This document shows positions 10,694 to 20,535 of a stretch of 64,000 nt of DNA, one piece after another (within the stretch, counting starts at the first letter, position 1; every line of letters begins with the position of its first letter). Source of the DNA: Lujinxingiaceae bacterium (GTDB lineage Bacteria; Myxococcota_A; Bradymonadia; Bradymonadales; Bradymonadaceae); the NCBI GenBank assembly GCA_013697635.1, contig JACCWM010000084.1:7200-71199 (forward strand), read 5' to 3'. The translations under genes and the position numbers were made by a program. Below the pieces are notes generated by a model. The model searched no databases. It had not been told where the DNA came from and was given only the letters and a program-made list of their open reading frames with translations.

Positions 10694-10750
10694 TGGGCGA
10701 AGTCGATCGCTACCGCTCAGTTTTTACCCTTTTACCAAGGTCCAAGAGTC

Positions 10751-13465
10751 ATGCGCGTTTCTGATTGGTATGGGCTGCCTGCAGGCAGCCCGCTTCGATT
10801 CGTCGTCCTGAGCGTGCTTTTGCTTTCGGGCGGGATCATTTCGGGTTGCTCCAGGCCGCAACCGGCCACAGAGGCTGCGCCAGCCGTTGTGCAAGAGACC
10901 CCGGGTCGTGTCGAGGCACCGACGGCGCAGACCACCGAGGCGCCCAAACGAATCATCCTGTTCATCGGCGACGGCATGGGTGTTGGCGCGATCACCGCGG
11001 CCACCTATGCCAAGGGGGAACCGCTTCATATGCTCGGCATGCCGCACGTGGGGTTTAATACCACACACGAACATGAGTTTGTGGTCGCGGATTCAGCGGC
11101 GAGCGCTACGGCCTTGGCTACCGGGCACAAGACGCACTTCGAGGCAGTCAGCGTCAAACCCGGAACACTCAAGAGTCAGGAGGAGGATTCGGCCAACCAT
11201 CTGGAGACCATCGTTCAGACAGCGCACGCGGCCGGTTGGCGCACCGGGCTCGTCGCGACAAGTCGGATCAATCATGCGACTCCCGCAGCTTTTGCTGCAC
11301 ACCGCAGCAACCGCAACGATTACGAAGACATCGCTCACGATATGAGCCTCTCGCAGATCGATGTCATGCTTGGCGCCGGCTCCAAATTCTTCGAGAAGCG
11401 ATCCGATGGTCGGGATCTCTTTGCGGCGATGGGTGAGCGCGGTTATACGGTGGCGCGAAGCGCCGAAGACGTACAGCTTGCTCGCAAGCAAAAAGCCAGA
11501 AAACTCGTGGGATTGATGCACGACTCGGACATGCCGTCAGCGCAAAGTGGGGAGCGCGCGATGAGTCTGAGTCAAATGACGACCACGGCCATCGAATTGC
11601 TCGACAACGACAACTCCGAGGGCTTCTTCTTGATGGTCGAAGGATCGCAGATCGATTGGTTTGGCCACGATCTCGACGGTGTTGGGGTCGTCGCCGAGAC
11701 GCTCGACATGGACGAGGCCGTTGGTGCTGCGCTGGCCTATGCGCGCACCCGCGATGACACCTTGGTTGTCGTGACCGCGGATCACGAGACCGGCGGGATG
11801 AGCGTGCTCGATCCTGAATACATGAGTCGCTATCTGCTCGTGCTCGGTGGCCAGGGCGCCGCCGAGAAGTCGGTCGCCCTTGCCTCGCATCCCGATGCCA
11901 AGTCGCGGCCGTCACCATCGCCGGCGCAACATATCACGCTCGGTTCACTGAACGTGGGCGAGAGCACCAGGGAGGGGGCCATGGGCGCGCAGTTTGCCTT
12001 TGGGCCGCAAGAGCTCAAAGATCGGCGCCTGACCACCGATTTTGGTTACTTGTCTGTGGCGAGTCGGCCTCACTGGCAGCAAGCGGGCGCTTTCTCAGCC
12101 TCCCATACGGCGGTCATGGTCCCGGTTTTCGCGCAAGGACCGGCAGCGGCCTCTGTGGCTAGCGTGATCGACAATGCTGATCTGGGCGCGCGGCTCATTG
12201 AGCTCGTGCAGTGGCATGGCCGCGCTGATCGCCAACCGATCGAGGCGGGCATCGTCGGTGGCGTGGAGCGGCCTCAAAACGTGATCGTGCTGATTGGCGA
12301 TGGCTTGGGCCTGAGCTCGTTGACTGCCGCACTCTATGTGCGCGGTCATTTGGAGATGTTGGCGATGCCGGTCAAGGGTCTGGTCGCCACCCATGGCACG
12401 GACCGCGTTGTCAACGACTCGGCGGCGACCGCCACGGCGCTTGCCACGGGGCGTCGCACGCGCTCCGGGGTGGTCGGCATGGCGCCAATCGACGGTGAGC
12501 TACGAAGCGTCGAGACTGTTTTGGAGCGCGCCGGCGCGAGAGGCCTTCGCACAGGCCTGGTGACCACCACAACGCTGACGCATGCGACACCGGCGTCATT
12601 TTACGCGCATCACCCCGATCGCAAGGCGGAGAAAGCCATCGCCGAGTTCTACATGGACATGCCCCAGCGAATCTCTGGCTATGGAGGCATCGACGTAGCG
12701 ATTGCCGGTGGCTCGGAGATTTTCGGTGAAAAGCGATTGGCACAGTTGCGAGAGCGCGGCGTTCATGTCGCGCTTGAATGGAGTGGCGAGCCACTCGCGA
12801 CCGACGCGCCCACGTTGCACTTGCTGGCCGCAGGCGGGCTGCCTGCGGCCGCGCAGCGCCATGGAGTTCAGGCAAGCGTGCCCTCGCTTGCGCGCATGAC
12901 CGACGCAGCGATCACCAGTCTCTCGGCGCGCCAGCAGGGCTTCTTTCTGATGGTAGAGGGAGGCCAGATCGATTGGGCTCTGCACGGCCTCAACCGTGGC
13001 CAGGAGCTGATCGACGAGATCGTCGACTTTGACGAGGCCGTTGCCGCTGCTCTGGAATTTGCGCGCAAGGATGGAAACACCCTTGTGATCGTGACCTCTG
13101 ACCACGATCACACCATCTCAGTGCTCGACAATCATTACATCTTTTCCGAGGGCCACTGCGGTGCCGCCAAACAATGCGGCGGCCACTATGAGATGGCGGT
13201 GTTGCCGGTCGCGACGTCCAAGCTGCACCGCAACGAGGGGTTGAATGATCTCAAACTGCAGGGCGATTTCGGCCCGCCCGGACTCCTCTTGCAGTATTCC
13301 TGGGCAGTGCTCGCTGCCAATGAACGTGTGCGCATGGCCGGACCTCACGCAGCCAACTTCGTACCGCTGTTTGCTTACGGTCCGTGGGCTGCGCGCTTTG
13401 GTGGATTTCACGATCAACCTGACGTCGGCAAGCTGCTCATGGAGTGGGCTAGCTCTGCGCCCTGA
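10751..13465 (+). CDS. Lipoprotein made of two tandem alkaline phosphatase (PhoA-family) domains
   Basis: Lipobox LLLSGGIISGC. Half 1: ILFIGDGMG...DSAASATALATGHKT...GFFLMVEGSQIDWFGHD...VTADHETGG. Half 2: VIVLIGDGLG...DSAATATALATGRRT...GFFLMVEGGQIDWALHG...VTSDHDHT. Confidence 0.9.
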   Translation: MRVSDWYGLPAGSPLRFVVLSVLLLSGGIISGCSRPQPATEAAPAVVQETPGRVEAPTAQTTEAPKRIILFIGDGMGVGAITAATYAKGEPLHMLGMPHVGFNTTHEHEFVVADSAASATALATGHKTHFEAVSVKPGTLKSQEEDSANHLETIVQTAHAAGWRTGLVATSRINHATPAAFAAHRSNRNDYEDIAHDMSLSQIDVMLGAGSKFFEKRSDGRDLFAAMGERGYTVARSAEDVQLARKQKARKLVGLMHDSDMPSAQSGERAMSLSQMTTTAIELLDNDNSEGFFLMVEGSQIDWFGHDLDGVGVVAETLDMDEAVGAALAYARTRDDTLVVVTADHETGGMSVLDPEYMSRYLLVLGGQGAAEKSVALASHPDAKSRPSPSPAQHITLGSLNVGESTREGAMGAQFAFGPQELKDRRLTTDFGYLSVASRPHWQQAGAFSASHTAVMVPVFAQGPAAASVASVIDNADLGARLIELVQWHGRADRQPIEAGIVGGVERPQNVIVLIGDGLGLSSLTAALYVRGHLEMLAMPVKGLVATHGTDRVVNDSAATATALATGRRTRSGVVGMAPIDGELRSVETVLERAGARGLRTGLVTTTTLTHATPASFYAHHPDRKAEKAIAEFYMDMPQRISGYGGIDVAIAGGSEIFGEKRLAQLRERGVHVALEWSGEPLATDAPTLHLLAAGGLPAAAQRHGVQASVPSLARMTDAAITSLSARQQGFFLMVEGGQIDWALHGLNRGQELIDEIVDFDEAVAAALEFARKDGNTLVIVTSDHDHTISVLDNHYIFSEGHCGAAKQCGGHYEMAVLPVATSKLHRNEGLNDLKLQGDFGPPGLLLQYSWAVLAANERVRMAGPHAANFVPLFAYGPWAARFGGFHDQPDVGKLLMEWASSAP

Positions 13466-13494
13466 AGCCCGCTGACACGCGCTTTGGGTTCCGG

Positions 13495-13674
13495 TTAGAC
13501 GGCGCTGCGCCGACCGCCCATGAAGAAATAGGCCAGCAGGCTCAAAACGAAGAGCGCGAGGAAAACGTAGAACAGAATCTCGGCGATCGCGGCCAAGCCA
13601 GTGGCAATCCCTGCAAAACCCAGGATTGCGGCGACAACGGCAACGAGAAAAAATGCGAGTGCCCACCACAACAT
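13495..13674 (-). CDS. Small two-TM membrane protein, UPF0391/DUF1328 (YtjA-like)
   Basis: [56 protein letters not shown]. Start trimmed to the Met preceding LWWA. Confidence 0.75.
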   Translation of the reverse strand: MLWWALAFFLVAVVAAILGFAGIATGLAAIAEILFYVFLALFVLSLLAYFFMGGRRSAV

Positions 13675-13820
13675 ACGATACTCCTTTTCGTGACTACGAG
13701 GTGCGGTCATGCTGCTCTTGCAAATATACGCTGCAAAAGTGTCGTGCTAATGCTAAGTGCCCTGATTTAAAGGTCAATCAGGTTGTCGTGCCGTGGATGG
13801 GCGGCTAACAGGAGGCTTCG

Positions 13821-14759
13821 ATGATAATACCCAGGGTCATTATCCACGGCGGTGCAGGTCGTGCGCTCAAGAGCAGTGAGCGCGCCGCTTCGGTTCAGGC
13901 AGCGCTATACGCCGTGCTCGACGAGATCCACCAGATGCTCGTTGGCGGGGCCAGCGCAGTCGATGCCGTCGTGCACGGTTGCCGGCTGCTCGAAGACGAT
14001 TCCAACTTCAATGCCGGCACAGGCTCGGTGCTTCAAAGCGACGGCCAGATCCGAATGAGCGCGGCGTTAATGGATGGCGAACGCCAGTGTTTTAGCGGCG
14101 TGATCAATGTCGCTCGCGTTCAAAACCCCATCGACCTGGCCAGTGTGCTTCAAGGCGGTCGTGACCACGTGCTCTCTGATCTGGGAGCGATGGAGTTGGC
14201 CCGTGAGTTGAATTTGCCGGTTTACGACCCGCTAATCGAGCGACGATTGAGCGAGTGGCTGGAACAACGTGGGCAGGATAGGGCAAAGCCGGCAGCCGAT
14301 GTTGTCGGTGCGGGCAGCGAGCACGGCAGTGGCACGATCGGCGTTGTCGCCTTCGATACCCATGGTCGGCTGGCCGCGGGCACCTCGACCGGTGGACGGG
14401 GCTTTGAGCGTGTCGGCCGGGTCAGTGACTCGGCCATGCCTGCAGGCAATTATGCAACCCAGGGTGCAGCGATTAGCTGCACGGGCATCGGGGAGGACAT
14501 CATCGACGAGTGTCTGGCCGCACGCATTAGCGTGCGTGTCGACGACGGCATGAGCCTGCACGAGGCCTTTGCTCGCTCGTTTGCCGAGGCCAGTCGTCGA
14601 AAACGCAACTTTGGAGCGATCGGCATCGATGCCCGGGGCACGATCGCATGGGGCAAGACCAGCGAGATACTGTTGGCAGCCTATACGGATGGCCAAAGCC
14701 GCGCGGATACCCTCGGCCTCGAGCTCGGCATGCTCGTGGAGAGCTTGCCCATGGCCTGA
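13821..14759 (+). CDS. Isoaspartyl peptidase / L-asparaginase (plant-type Ntn hydrolase)
   Basis: HGGAG...NAGTGSVLQSDGQIRMSAALMDG...GSGTIGVVAFDTHGRLAAGTSTGG (autoprocessing Thr in GTIGVVA). AGGAGG RBS present. Confidence 0.85.
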   Translation: MIIPRVIIHGGAGRALKSSERAASVQAALYAVLDEIHQMLVGGASAVDAVVHGCRLLEDDSNFNAGTGSVLQSDGQIRMSAALMDGERQCFSGVINVARVQNPIDLASVLQGGRDHVLSDLGAMELARELNLPVYDPLIERRLSEWLEQRGQDRAKPAADVVGAGSEHGSGTIGVVAFDTHGRLAAGTSTGGRGFERVGRVSDSAMPAGNYATQGAAISCTGIGEDIIDECLAARISVRVDDGMSLHEAFARSFAEASRRKRNFGAIGIDARGTIAWGKTSEILLAAYTDGQSRADTLGLELGMLVESLPMA

Positions 14760-14768
14760 TCGCAAAAA

Positions 14769-14793
14769 AGCCGCTCCTCGTTAAGGGGCGGCT
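14769..14793. terminator. Bidirectional hairpin between convergent genes
   Basis: aaaaaagccgctcc-tcgttaa-ggggcggctctt, with an A-run on one side and TCTT on the other. Confidence 0.5.
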
Positions 14794-14832
14794 CTTGAAC
14801 CATTCAGGCCAATGCTGGCCAAATCAGCGCTA

Positions 14833-15903
14833 TTACGGGCCAGCCGGATAGGCGGGGAGCTCGGCGTAAGGATAATCGCTATCATCCGTGGCGAACTCAA
14901 GCACCAGTGGTGCCACCGGGCGACCGTAGAGAATCCAAAACATGTGATTACCGCCGCCATATTTCACGTCACCGCGCAGCTGCTTTCTTTCGTCATCGAA
15001 GATATTGAAGAAGTCTGAAAAAATACGAAACTTCGTATTGCAAGTGCCGGCTGCTCCGCCCAAACCATTGCTTCCGTTGACCGTTGATTGGAAGTTGACG
15101 ATAACCTGCTCGGTATTTTCCGGCTGGTAGAGCGTACCGCGATAGAGCACCGGCTCTTGGCATTCCAAAACCTGTGCGCCGTCCGGATCTTCACCCAGGC
15201 ATTCCTCGTACTCGAGGGTCGGTGAAAAAGTCTGCACCGAGCCACCCACAAAATCGACGCGTGATCCAGGGCCAGCCCAGACCATCTTCAGGTCGGCTGA
15301 AAGTCCCCCCTCGTCGGTGACGAGGTAGTAGTAAGAATCGCGACCGACTTGAGTCATCAGGTTTGTACGCGGAAAGCGCACGTCGGCATAGCCGGCCTGA
15401 GCCGGCGTCATATCAAAAGCGACCATGTAGCCAAAGTTGCCCAGACCATCGCTCAGTGTCGAGAGAGCGTTGTCAAAGACGATGCGGCAATCATTGCCCG
15501 CCGACTGAACATGGCGGTAGGTCGTGGCGTCGGCTTCGTCGAGCCCCGAGCGTCGCTTGAGCAACATGGTGCCCGTCTCGTGCGGGTAAAGCGCGAAGAG
15601 AGGGCTGGTCAAATCGATCGATTGCGGAGCGCCATCGAGCACGAGGGTAAACTCGGTTCCCAGGTTGCGATCGATGGCGATCGCCTCGCCGCTACGTGCT
15701 CCAAAGCCCAGGCCGGTGACGATCGTTCCTGATGGACCATAGAGGCTCATGCTCGAGCTTCCGGCGTAGCCGTTGAAGATGTAGAAATTGACAACTTCGC
15801 CGCCACCGCCGCCGCCATCGCCACAAGCCGAGACGGTCAAGAGCGATGCAGCAACCACAGCCCCAAGCGAGATCAGTCCGTGCGATTTATTGGACCACTT
15901 CAT
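14833..15903 (-). CDS. Secreted lipoprotein, function unknown
   Basis: MKWSNKSHGLISLGAVVAASLLTVSACGDGGGGGGE (lipobox plus Gly linker). GAGG lies 6 nt upstream of ATG 15903. An alternative start exists at 15921. Confidence 0.6.
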   Translation of the reverse strand: MKWSNKSHGLISLGAVVAASLLTVSACGDGGGGGGEVVNFYIFNGYAGSSSMSLYGPSGTIVTGLGFGARSGEAIAIDRNLGTEFTLVLDGAPQSIDLTSPLFALYPHETGTMLLKRRSGLDEADATTYRHVQSAGNDCRIVFDNALSTLSDGLGNFGYMVAFDMTPAQAGYADVRFPRTNLMTQVGRDSYYYLVTDEGGLSADLKMVWAGPGSRVDFVGGSVQTFSPTLEYEECLGEDPDGAQVLECQEPVLYRGTLYQPENTEQVIVNFQSTVNGSNGLGGAAGTCNTKFRIFSDFFNIFDDERKQLRGDVKYGGGNHMFWILYGRPVAPLVLEFATDDSDYPYAELPAYPAGP

Positions 15904-16074
15904 CAACAACCTCGAGTTCATTTAAATCCAAATCGAGCGACAGCGCCATTTGCCCACGTAACATGTGGTGCACGATGCTTTGCGCTACGTTAACCTGGGG
16001 TGCCTCACGATGTCAATCCACCCGAACACCGCTTGGTTAAGTCTTTTTAGCCGTGTCGGTGGTGGCGCGCCGGC

Positions 16075-16863
16075 TTAGGCCGTCGCGATCGAGAGCACGC
16101 CAAAGGCACCGCAAATGGGCACTTTTTCATCGCGTGGACCCAGTGGACCGGCGGCGACCTGATAGAGCTTGGGCCCGATCTGCAGTCGACTACCGGGCGG
16201 GTAGGCGTCTTGTTGGGCGATCATGGCCGAGGCGACGTCCATGAGGCAAAAATAAGCGGCGTTGAGGCCCTCGTCGACAAGTGTCTCCAACTCGGGAAGC
16301 CCGAAGACGGTCAAGCCTCGCGTCATCATCCACTTGTCCTGGTTCCAGGCGGCGACAAAGAGGTTAACCACGGCCGGTAGCTGCTCGAGGTCGACCGCTT
16401 GCTGCTTGATGAAGCCCGGCGAGTGCATCTCCAGTGAGAAGGGCAAAAACACCCCGGGCGCGCCTGCCTCGACGAAGGTGCTGACGATGCGCGCAAAGCG
16501 GCGCGCCGTCTCCAGACAATGTTCGCGCTCGGTGAGCATGGTGACGCGCCAGATCGCGGCGTGCTCTTTGAGCAATACGGCTTCCACCGCCGTAAAGGGC
16601 TCGCGGCTCATGGCGGCCATGCTCACCAACTGCTCGATAGGCTCTTCGATGATGATCTGGGCGGCTGGACCATGTTCAAAACGTACCTGTCCTTGGCCCG
16701 GATAGGCGGCATCGCTCGCCAGAGCGATCACTTCGTAGTCAGCAACCTCGAGCCATGTCTCGCCATGAACTTCGCCAAGCATGGGGCCACTGCTCAACCC
16801 CCATGGAACCGGGATCAAGGCGACGAATGAATTTGGAGCGGCCTTCTCGGCGATTGGTGCCAT
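16075..16863 (-). CDS. Hypothetical cytoplasmic protein (possibly DUF4261-like, unverified)
   Basis: 262-aa ORF with coding-like composition and no signal peptide, in series with the flanking minus-strand genes. Confidence 0.5.
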   Translation of the reverse strand: MAPIAEKAAPNSFVALIPVPWGLSSGPMLGEVHGETWLEVADYEVIALASDAAYPGQGQVRFEHGPAAQIIIEEPIEQLVSMAAMSREPFTAVEAVLLKEHAAIWRVTMLTEREHCLETARRFARIVSTFVEAGAPGVFLPFSLEMHSPGFIKQQAVDLEQLPAVVNLFVAAWNQDKWMMTRGLTVFGLPELETLVDEGLNAAYFCLMDVASAMIAQQDAYPPGSRLQIGPKLYQVAAGPLGPRDEKVPICGAFGVLSIATA

Positions 16864-16904
16864 GGCAAAGTCCTGCGATTCGAAGTGGGAGGGAGCAAAA
16901 GCGA

Positions 16905-17759
16905 TCAGTGCTGCGGTCGCGCAAACTCATGTACACGAAAGGTGCTTGTCAGGCGAGCCAAGACCGTGTCCACCGCCGAGCCATCGAGCAGGGAGTCGGC
17001 GCTGAGCCCATCGAACAGATCGGCCGAGATGTGCTTGTCGATCAAGACCAGGGCATGGCCTACCGGATCTTTGAAAGCCAGCGGTGATCGGCCGGTTTGA
17101 GGAGAGATGAGCTCCATTTCGACCGCGATGCGCTGCGGTGAGCGCAGCGCAAAATCTTGCCAAACATCTTGCGAGGATTTGAGAAAACGCCCGCGGATCA
17201 ACAACGTGTTTCCATGGATCTCTTGCGTATCCAGGGCAGTCAAATTGAGCACGTCGTCATCGGCCGGCGTCAAAACGGCATAGATGCGACAATAATTCTG
17301 CAAGGGAGGGGCGATGTTTCCAACGACGCGAGCCATATTCGGTTCGCCAAGCATATCTTCGACGAATGGAACTCCCAACCGGGTGGCCGAACTGGGCACG
17401 TGAGCATGTGCCGATCCGATGAGAGCGTTGGCCAACAGATGATCGAGGCGTCCGAGTGCGCCAAAGACCGGATCAAATCCGGGTTCGCAAGCATGCAGCT
17501 CGATGGCCGAGGTTATGAGGAAAAATTCGTCGATCTCGATCTGTAGGTCGTTTGCGCCGCCTGCGCGCAGTGGGGGCGCTGGCCGCTCGCTTTCATTCTG
17601 GTGGATATAACCAAGTGAAATTGAAGCGGCTCGCTCGGCGGGTGCGATGGGCCCGTCTCCTCGAGCCGTCTTGCTGGCCCCGCGCTCGCAGGCCCCAAGC
17701 GCTGAGAGAGCGAAGATCAAAGCGAACAAGATTGACGCAAACCGGTGTCGTGGGCTCAT
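16905..17759 (-). CDS. Lipoprotein, function unknown
   Basis: MSPRHRFASILFALIFALSALGAC lipobox. The start codon lies 5 nt after the polX stop. Confidence 0.6.
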   Translation of the reverse strand: MSPRHRFASILFALIFALSALGACERGASKTARGDGPIAPAERAASISLGYIHQNESERPAPPLRAGGANDLQIEIDEFFLITSAIELHACEPGFDPVFGALGRLDHLLANALIGSAHAHVPSSATRLGVPFVEDMLGEPNMARVVGNIAPPLQNYCRIYAVLTPADDDVLNLTALDTQEIHGNTLLIRGRFLKSSQDVWQDFALRSPQRIAVEMELISPQTGRSPLAFKDPVGHALVLIDKHISADLFDGLSADSLLDGSAVDTVLARLTSTFRVHEFARPQH

Positions 17760-17763
17760 CGGT

Positions 17764-19503
17764 TCAACGCCTCAAAGTGGGGCGAACGGCAGCGAGCAGG
17801 TCCTCGACGCTCAACGTGTTGAGCACGTCACTGGCGCCCAGCCATGCACGGCGCGCTTGCTGGACGGCAAAGTCCATGTCCTCGAGGCCGCGCGTGGAGT
17901 GCGCGTCGGATCCGAGGACGATCTTCGCGCCCCGTCGGTGCGCACGCTCGGCATGCTCGGCATTGAAGTCAAGCCGACCGGTGCTTCCATTGATTTCTAC
18001 GGCTACGCCAAACTCGACGGCTGCCTCGAGCACCGCGTCGAGATCGTATTTGTAGCCGGGCCGGCCACCGAGTATGCGCCCGGTGGGATGTCCAAGGCAG
18101 CTGATCAGTCCGGTTGCCATGGCCGTGATCAGACGCTGGGTCATCTCCTTGCTGTCGAGCGCAAAGTGGCTGTGAATGCTGCCCACAACCCAGTCGCAGT
18201 CGGCCAACAGCTCGTGCTCCATATCGAGCGATCCATCCTTGAGAATGTCGACCTCGATGCCGGCCAGAAGGCGCAGATCGGCGTAGGCTGCATCGGCCTC
18301 GCGGATGCGCTTGATGTGCTCACGAAACCTGGGTGGCGTCATGCCATTGGCCACACGCACAGCCTCGGAGTGGTCCGTGATCACGATGAAGTTGTAGCCA
18401 AGCGTGCGCGCGGCATCGGCCATCTCGAGAATCGTTGCGCGCCCGTCCGTCTCGACGGTGTGCATGTGCACATCGCCGCGAATATCGGTGAGCTCGACAA
18501 GCCCGGGCAGCGTACCTGCGGCCGCCGCCTCGATTTCGCCGCGACCCTCGCGAAGCTCGGGGGGAATATAGGTCAAACCGAGCGCCTTAAATACGTCAAC
18601 TTCGGTCTCGGAGGCAATTGCCGGCCCGTCGTTCTCCTTGAAGACGCCGTATTCGTTGATCTTGAGCCCTGATCGTTTGGCTCGTGTACGCAGCGCGATA
18701 TGATGCTCCTTACTTCCGGTGAAATAGTGAAGCGCTGCGCCAAAGCTCGAGGGGGCGACGATGCGCAGATCGACTTGAATGCCGCTGACCAGGCGCACCG
18801 AGGTTTTGGTCTCGCCGTGGGCGAGCACTTCGGCCACTTCGGCAAGCTCGACGAGGTAGGCGGAGATCGGTGCGGGCGTCTCGGAGGCGACCAGGATGTC
18901 GATGTCGCCGATGGTCTCGCGGCCGCGGCGAAGCGAGCCGGCGATCGCTATCTTGGTTACTTCACTGAGCGTGGCGAGCTTGTCGCGAATGGACTGGGCG
19001 ATCGCACGCGCTGCCGGAAGCGGAGTACGTCCTTCATCGTGGGAGAGGCGCTCAATTTCTGCCAGGATGCGCTCCTCGGTCTTGGCGCCCAAACCTGCCA
19101 GAGCCCGGATCTGTTGAGCTCGGGCCGCCGCCTCGAGTGTGCTCAAGTTGGAGACGCCCAGCGTCTCGTAGATCACCTTGATGCGCTTTGGCCCAAGACC
19201 CTGGATGCGCAACATGTCCAACAGACCGGGGTCGAGCTCATCGAGCAGATCACGGTGGACGTCGCAGCTGCCCGTGGTCAGCAGCGCCTCAATGTCGGCC
19301 GCGAGGCTTTTGCCCACGCCCGCCAGCGAATTGAGTTCGCCGCGAGCGGCGAGGGCTTCCAGATCCTCGCTCAGCGATTCGACGCTGCGCGCGGCATTTT
19401 CGAAGGCGCGCACCTTGAAGCGATTCTCGCCCTTGATCTCCATGAGTTGGGCGATCTCGGAGAGGATACGTGCGACGCTTTGGTTGTCCATGAGCCCTTG
19501 CAT
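17764..19503 (-). CDS. polX: Family X DNA polymerase with C-terminal PHP domain
   Basis: MDNQSVARILSEIAQLMEIKGENRFKVRAFENAARSVE (HhH N-terminus), GSLRRGRETIGDIDILV (Pol beta-like catalytic Asp pair), DVHMHT...ITDHS...GSDAHS (PHP). Confidence 0.9.
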   Translation of the reverse strand: MQGLMDNQSVARILSEIAQLMEIKGENRFKVRAFENAARSVESLSEDLEALAARGELNSLAGVGKSLAADIEALLTTGSCDVHRDLLDELDPGLLDMLRIQGLGPKRIKVIYETLGVSNLSTLEAAARAQQIRALAGLGAKTEERILAEIERLSHDEGRTPLPAARAIAQSIRDKLATLSEVTKIAIAGSLRRGRETIGDIDILVASETPAPISAYLVELAEVAEVLAHGETKTSVRLVSGIQVDLRIVAPSSFGAALHYFTGSKEHHIALRTRAKRSGLKINEYGVFKENDGPAIASETEVDVFKALGLTYIPPELREGRGEIEAAAAGTLPGLVELTDIRGDVHMHTVETDGRATILEMADAARTLGYNFIVITDHSEAVRVANGMTPPRFREHIKRIREADAAYADLRLLAGIEVDILKDGSLDMEHELLADCDWVVGSIHSHFALDSKEMTQRLITAMATGLISCLGHPTGRILGGRPGYKYDLDAVLEAAVEFGVAVEINGSTGRLDFNAEHAERAHRRGAKIVLGSDAHSTRGLEDMDFAVQQARRAWLGASDVLNTLSVEDLLAAVRPTLRR

Positions 19504-20016
19504 GTCGAGTGTGGCCGGATTGCTGATCGATCCGGCGGCCGGTGGCGTTTTGGGGCGAAGCGCGCGCGATCGAGCTGTTGGCGCGGGCGGTACCCTACGA
19601 TGTTTAAACTTGATTTTCCATACGATTATGGTACAACGTGCGCCCCTGCCGCCCAGTGCAGGCGAAGTTTCGTAGTGTTGACCTGTATGTTCTGTGCTCT
19701 GAGAACCCGCGGATTACGAGCCTTGCCGGCCCCGTACCCTCCCAGACACCGAACATGCCGCTACCTGCTGGGGGTATGAAATGAATGACGACTACCTCTA
19801 AGACACAGGCCGCGCCCGCTCTCAACCTGTGAAGGTCGAGGGCGGGCAAAACAAAACCCAATCAACCGGTGGTTTATGCAATTACACGGAACGACTCTCA
19901 CTCAGGGCGGCTTTCCTTAGTTGCGTTCAACACAGCAGTCAGTGATGGCGAAGATGTTGCGGACGTAACCGAAGGATGGCTTACCGGGTGGAGCCAACCA
20001 AAAAGGACAACAAGAA

Positions 20017-20427
20017 TTGGAAGCATTAGGACGTCAGCTTATCATCGAGTACTACGGTTGCCCCGCTCATTTGCTCAACGATCGCGATTTCATCGAAGAT
20101 GTCATGGTCTCCGCAGCCAAGCATATGCGGGCAAACATCGTCTCCGTGGAATTTCACAAGTTCAACCCGCACGGCGTCAGTGGCGTTGTGGTCATCAGTG
20201 AATCGCACCTTACGATTCACACCTGGCCGGAATACGGCTATGCGGCCGTCGATGTCTTCACCTGTGGTCAGGTCATCGATCCTTGGGAGGCTCATGCCTT
20301 CATGAAGGAGCGCTTCTTGTCGGATAAGGACAGCGTCGTCGAGTTTCGTCGCGGCTGTTTCAATGTCGCTCCGGGCACTTTGCCGTCGGCTTACGGCGTT
20401 CAGCCGTCGGAGCCCGCCGACAAGTAA
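20017..20427 (+). CDS. speH: S-adenosylmethionine decarboxylase proenzyme, class 1 (TTG start)
   Basis: (M)EALGRQLIIEYYGC...GVSGVVVISESHLTIHTWPEYGYAAVDVFTCG, with the self-cleavage E-S site. Confidence 0.9.
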   Translation: MEALGRQLIIEYYGCPAHLLNDRDFIEDVMVSAAKHMRANIVSVEFHKFNPHGVSGVVVISESHLTIHTWPEYGYAAVDVFTCGQVIDPWEAHAFMKERFLSDKDSVVEFRRGCFNVAPGTLPSAYGVQPSEPADK

Positions 20428-20535
20428 CATCTTACGATTCATCGAGCGTACCGGTCGTCGCTAGCCCCGCAAGCTTTGGGGGAAGTTGATGACCGGTCGC
20501 TCTTTTTCTTGCTCAACAAAATAAGGAGTAGGCTC

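Noticed and set aside
17647-19779. Plus-strand ORFs of 341 and 359 aa
   Set aside because: They are antisense to polX (HhH, Pol-beta and PHP motifs on the minus strand). The second also runs through the non-coding polX-speH gap.
19690-19800. RNase P RNA-like fragments (gagaacccgcggatta and gaaatgaatgac resemble ACAGAACCCGGCUUA and AGAUGAAUGAC of bacterial M1 RNA)
   Set aside because: The two fragments are in the wrong order relative to RNase P RNA, and the universally conserved GAGGAAAGUCCGGGC element is absent on both strands. I also found no tmRNA ends or SRP RNA motif.
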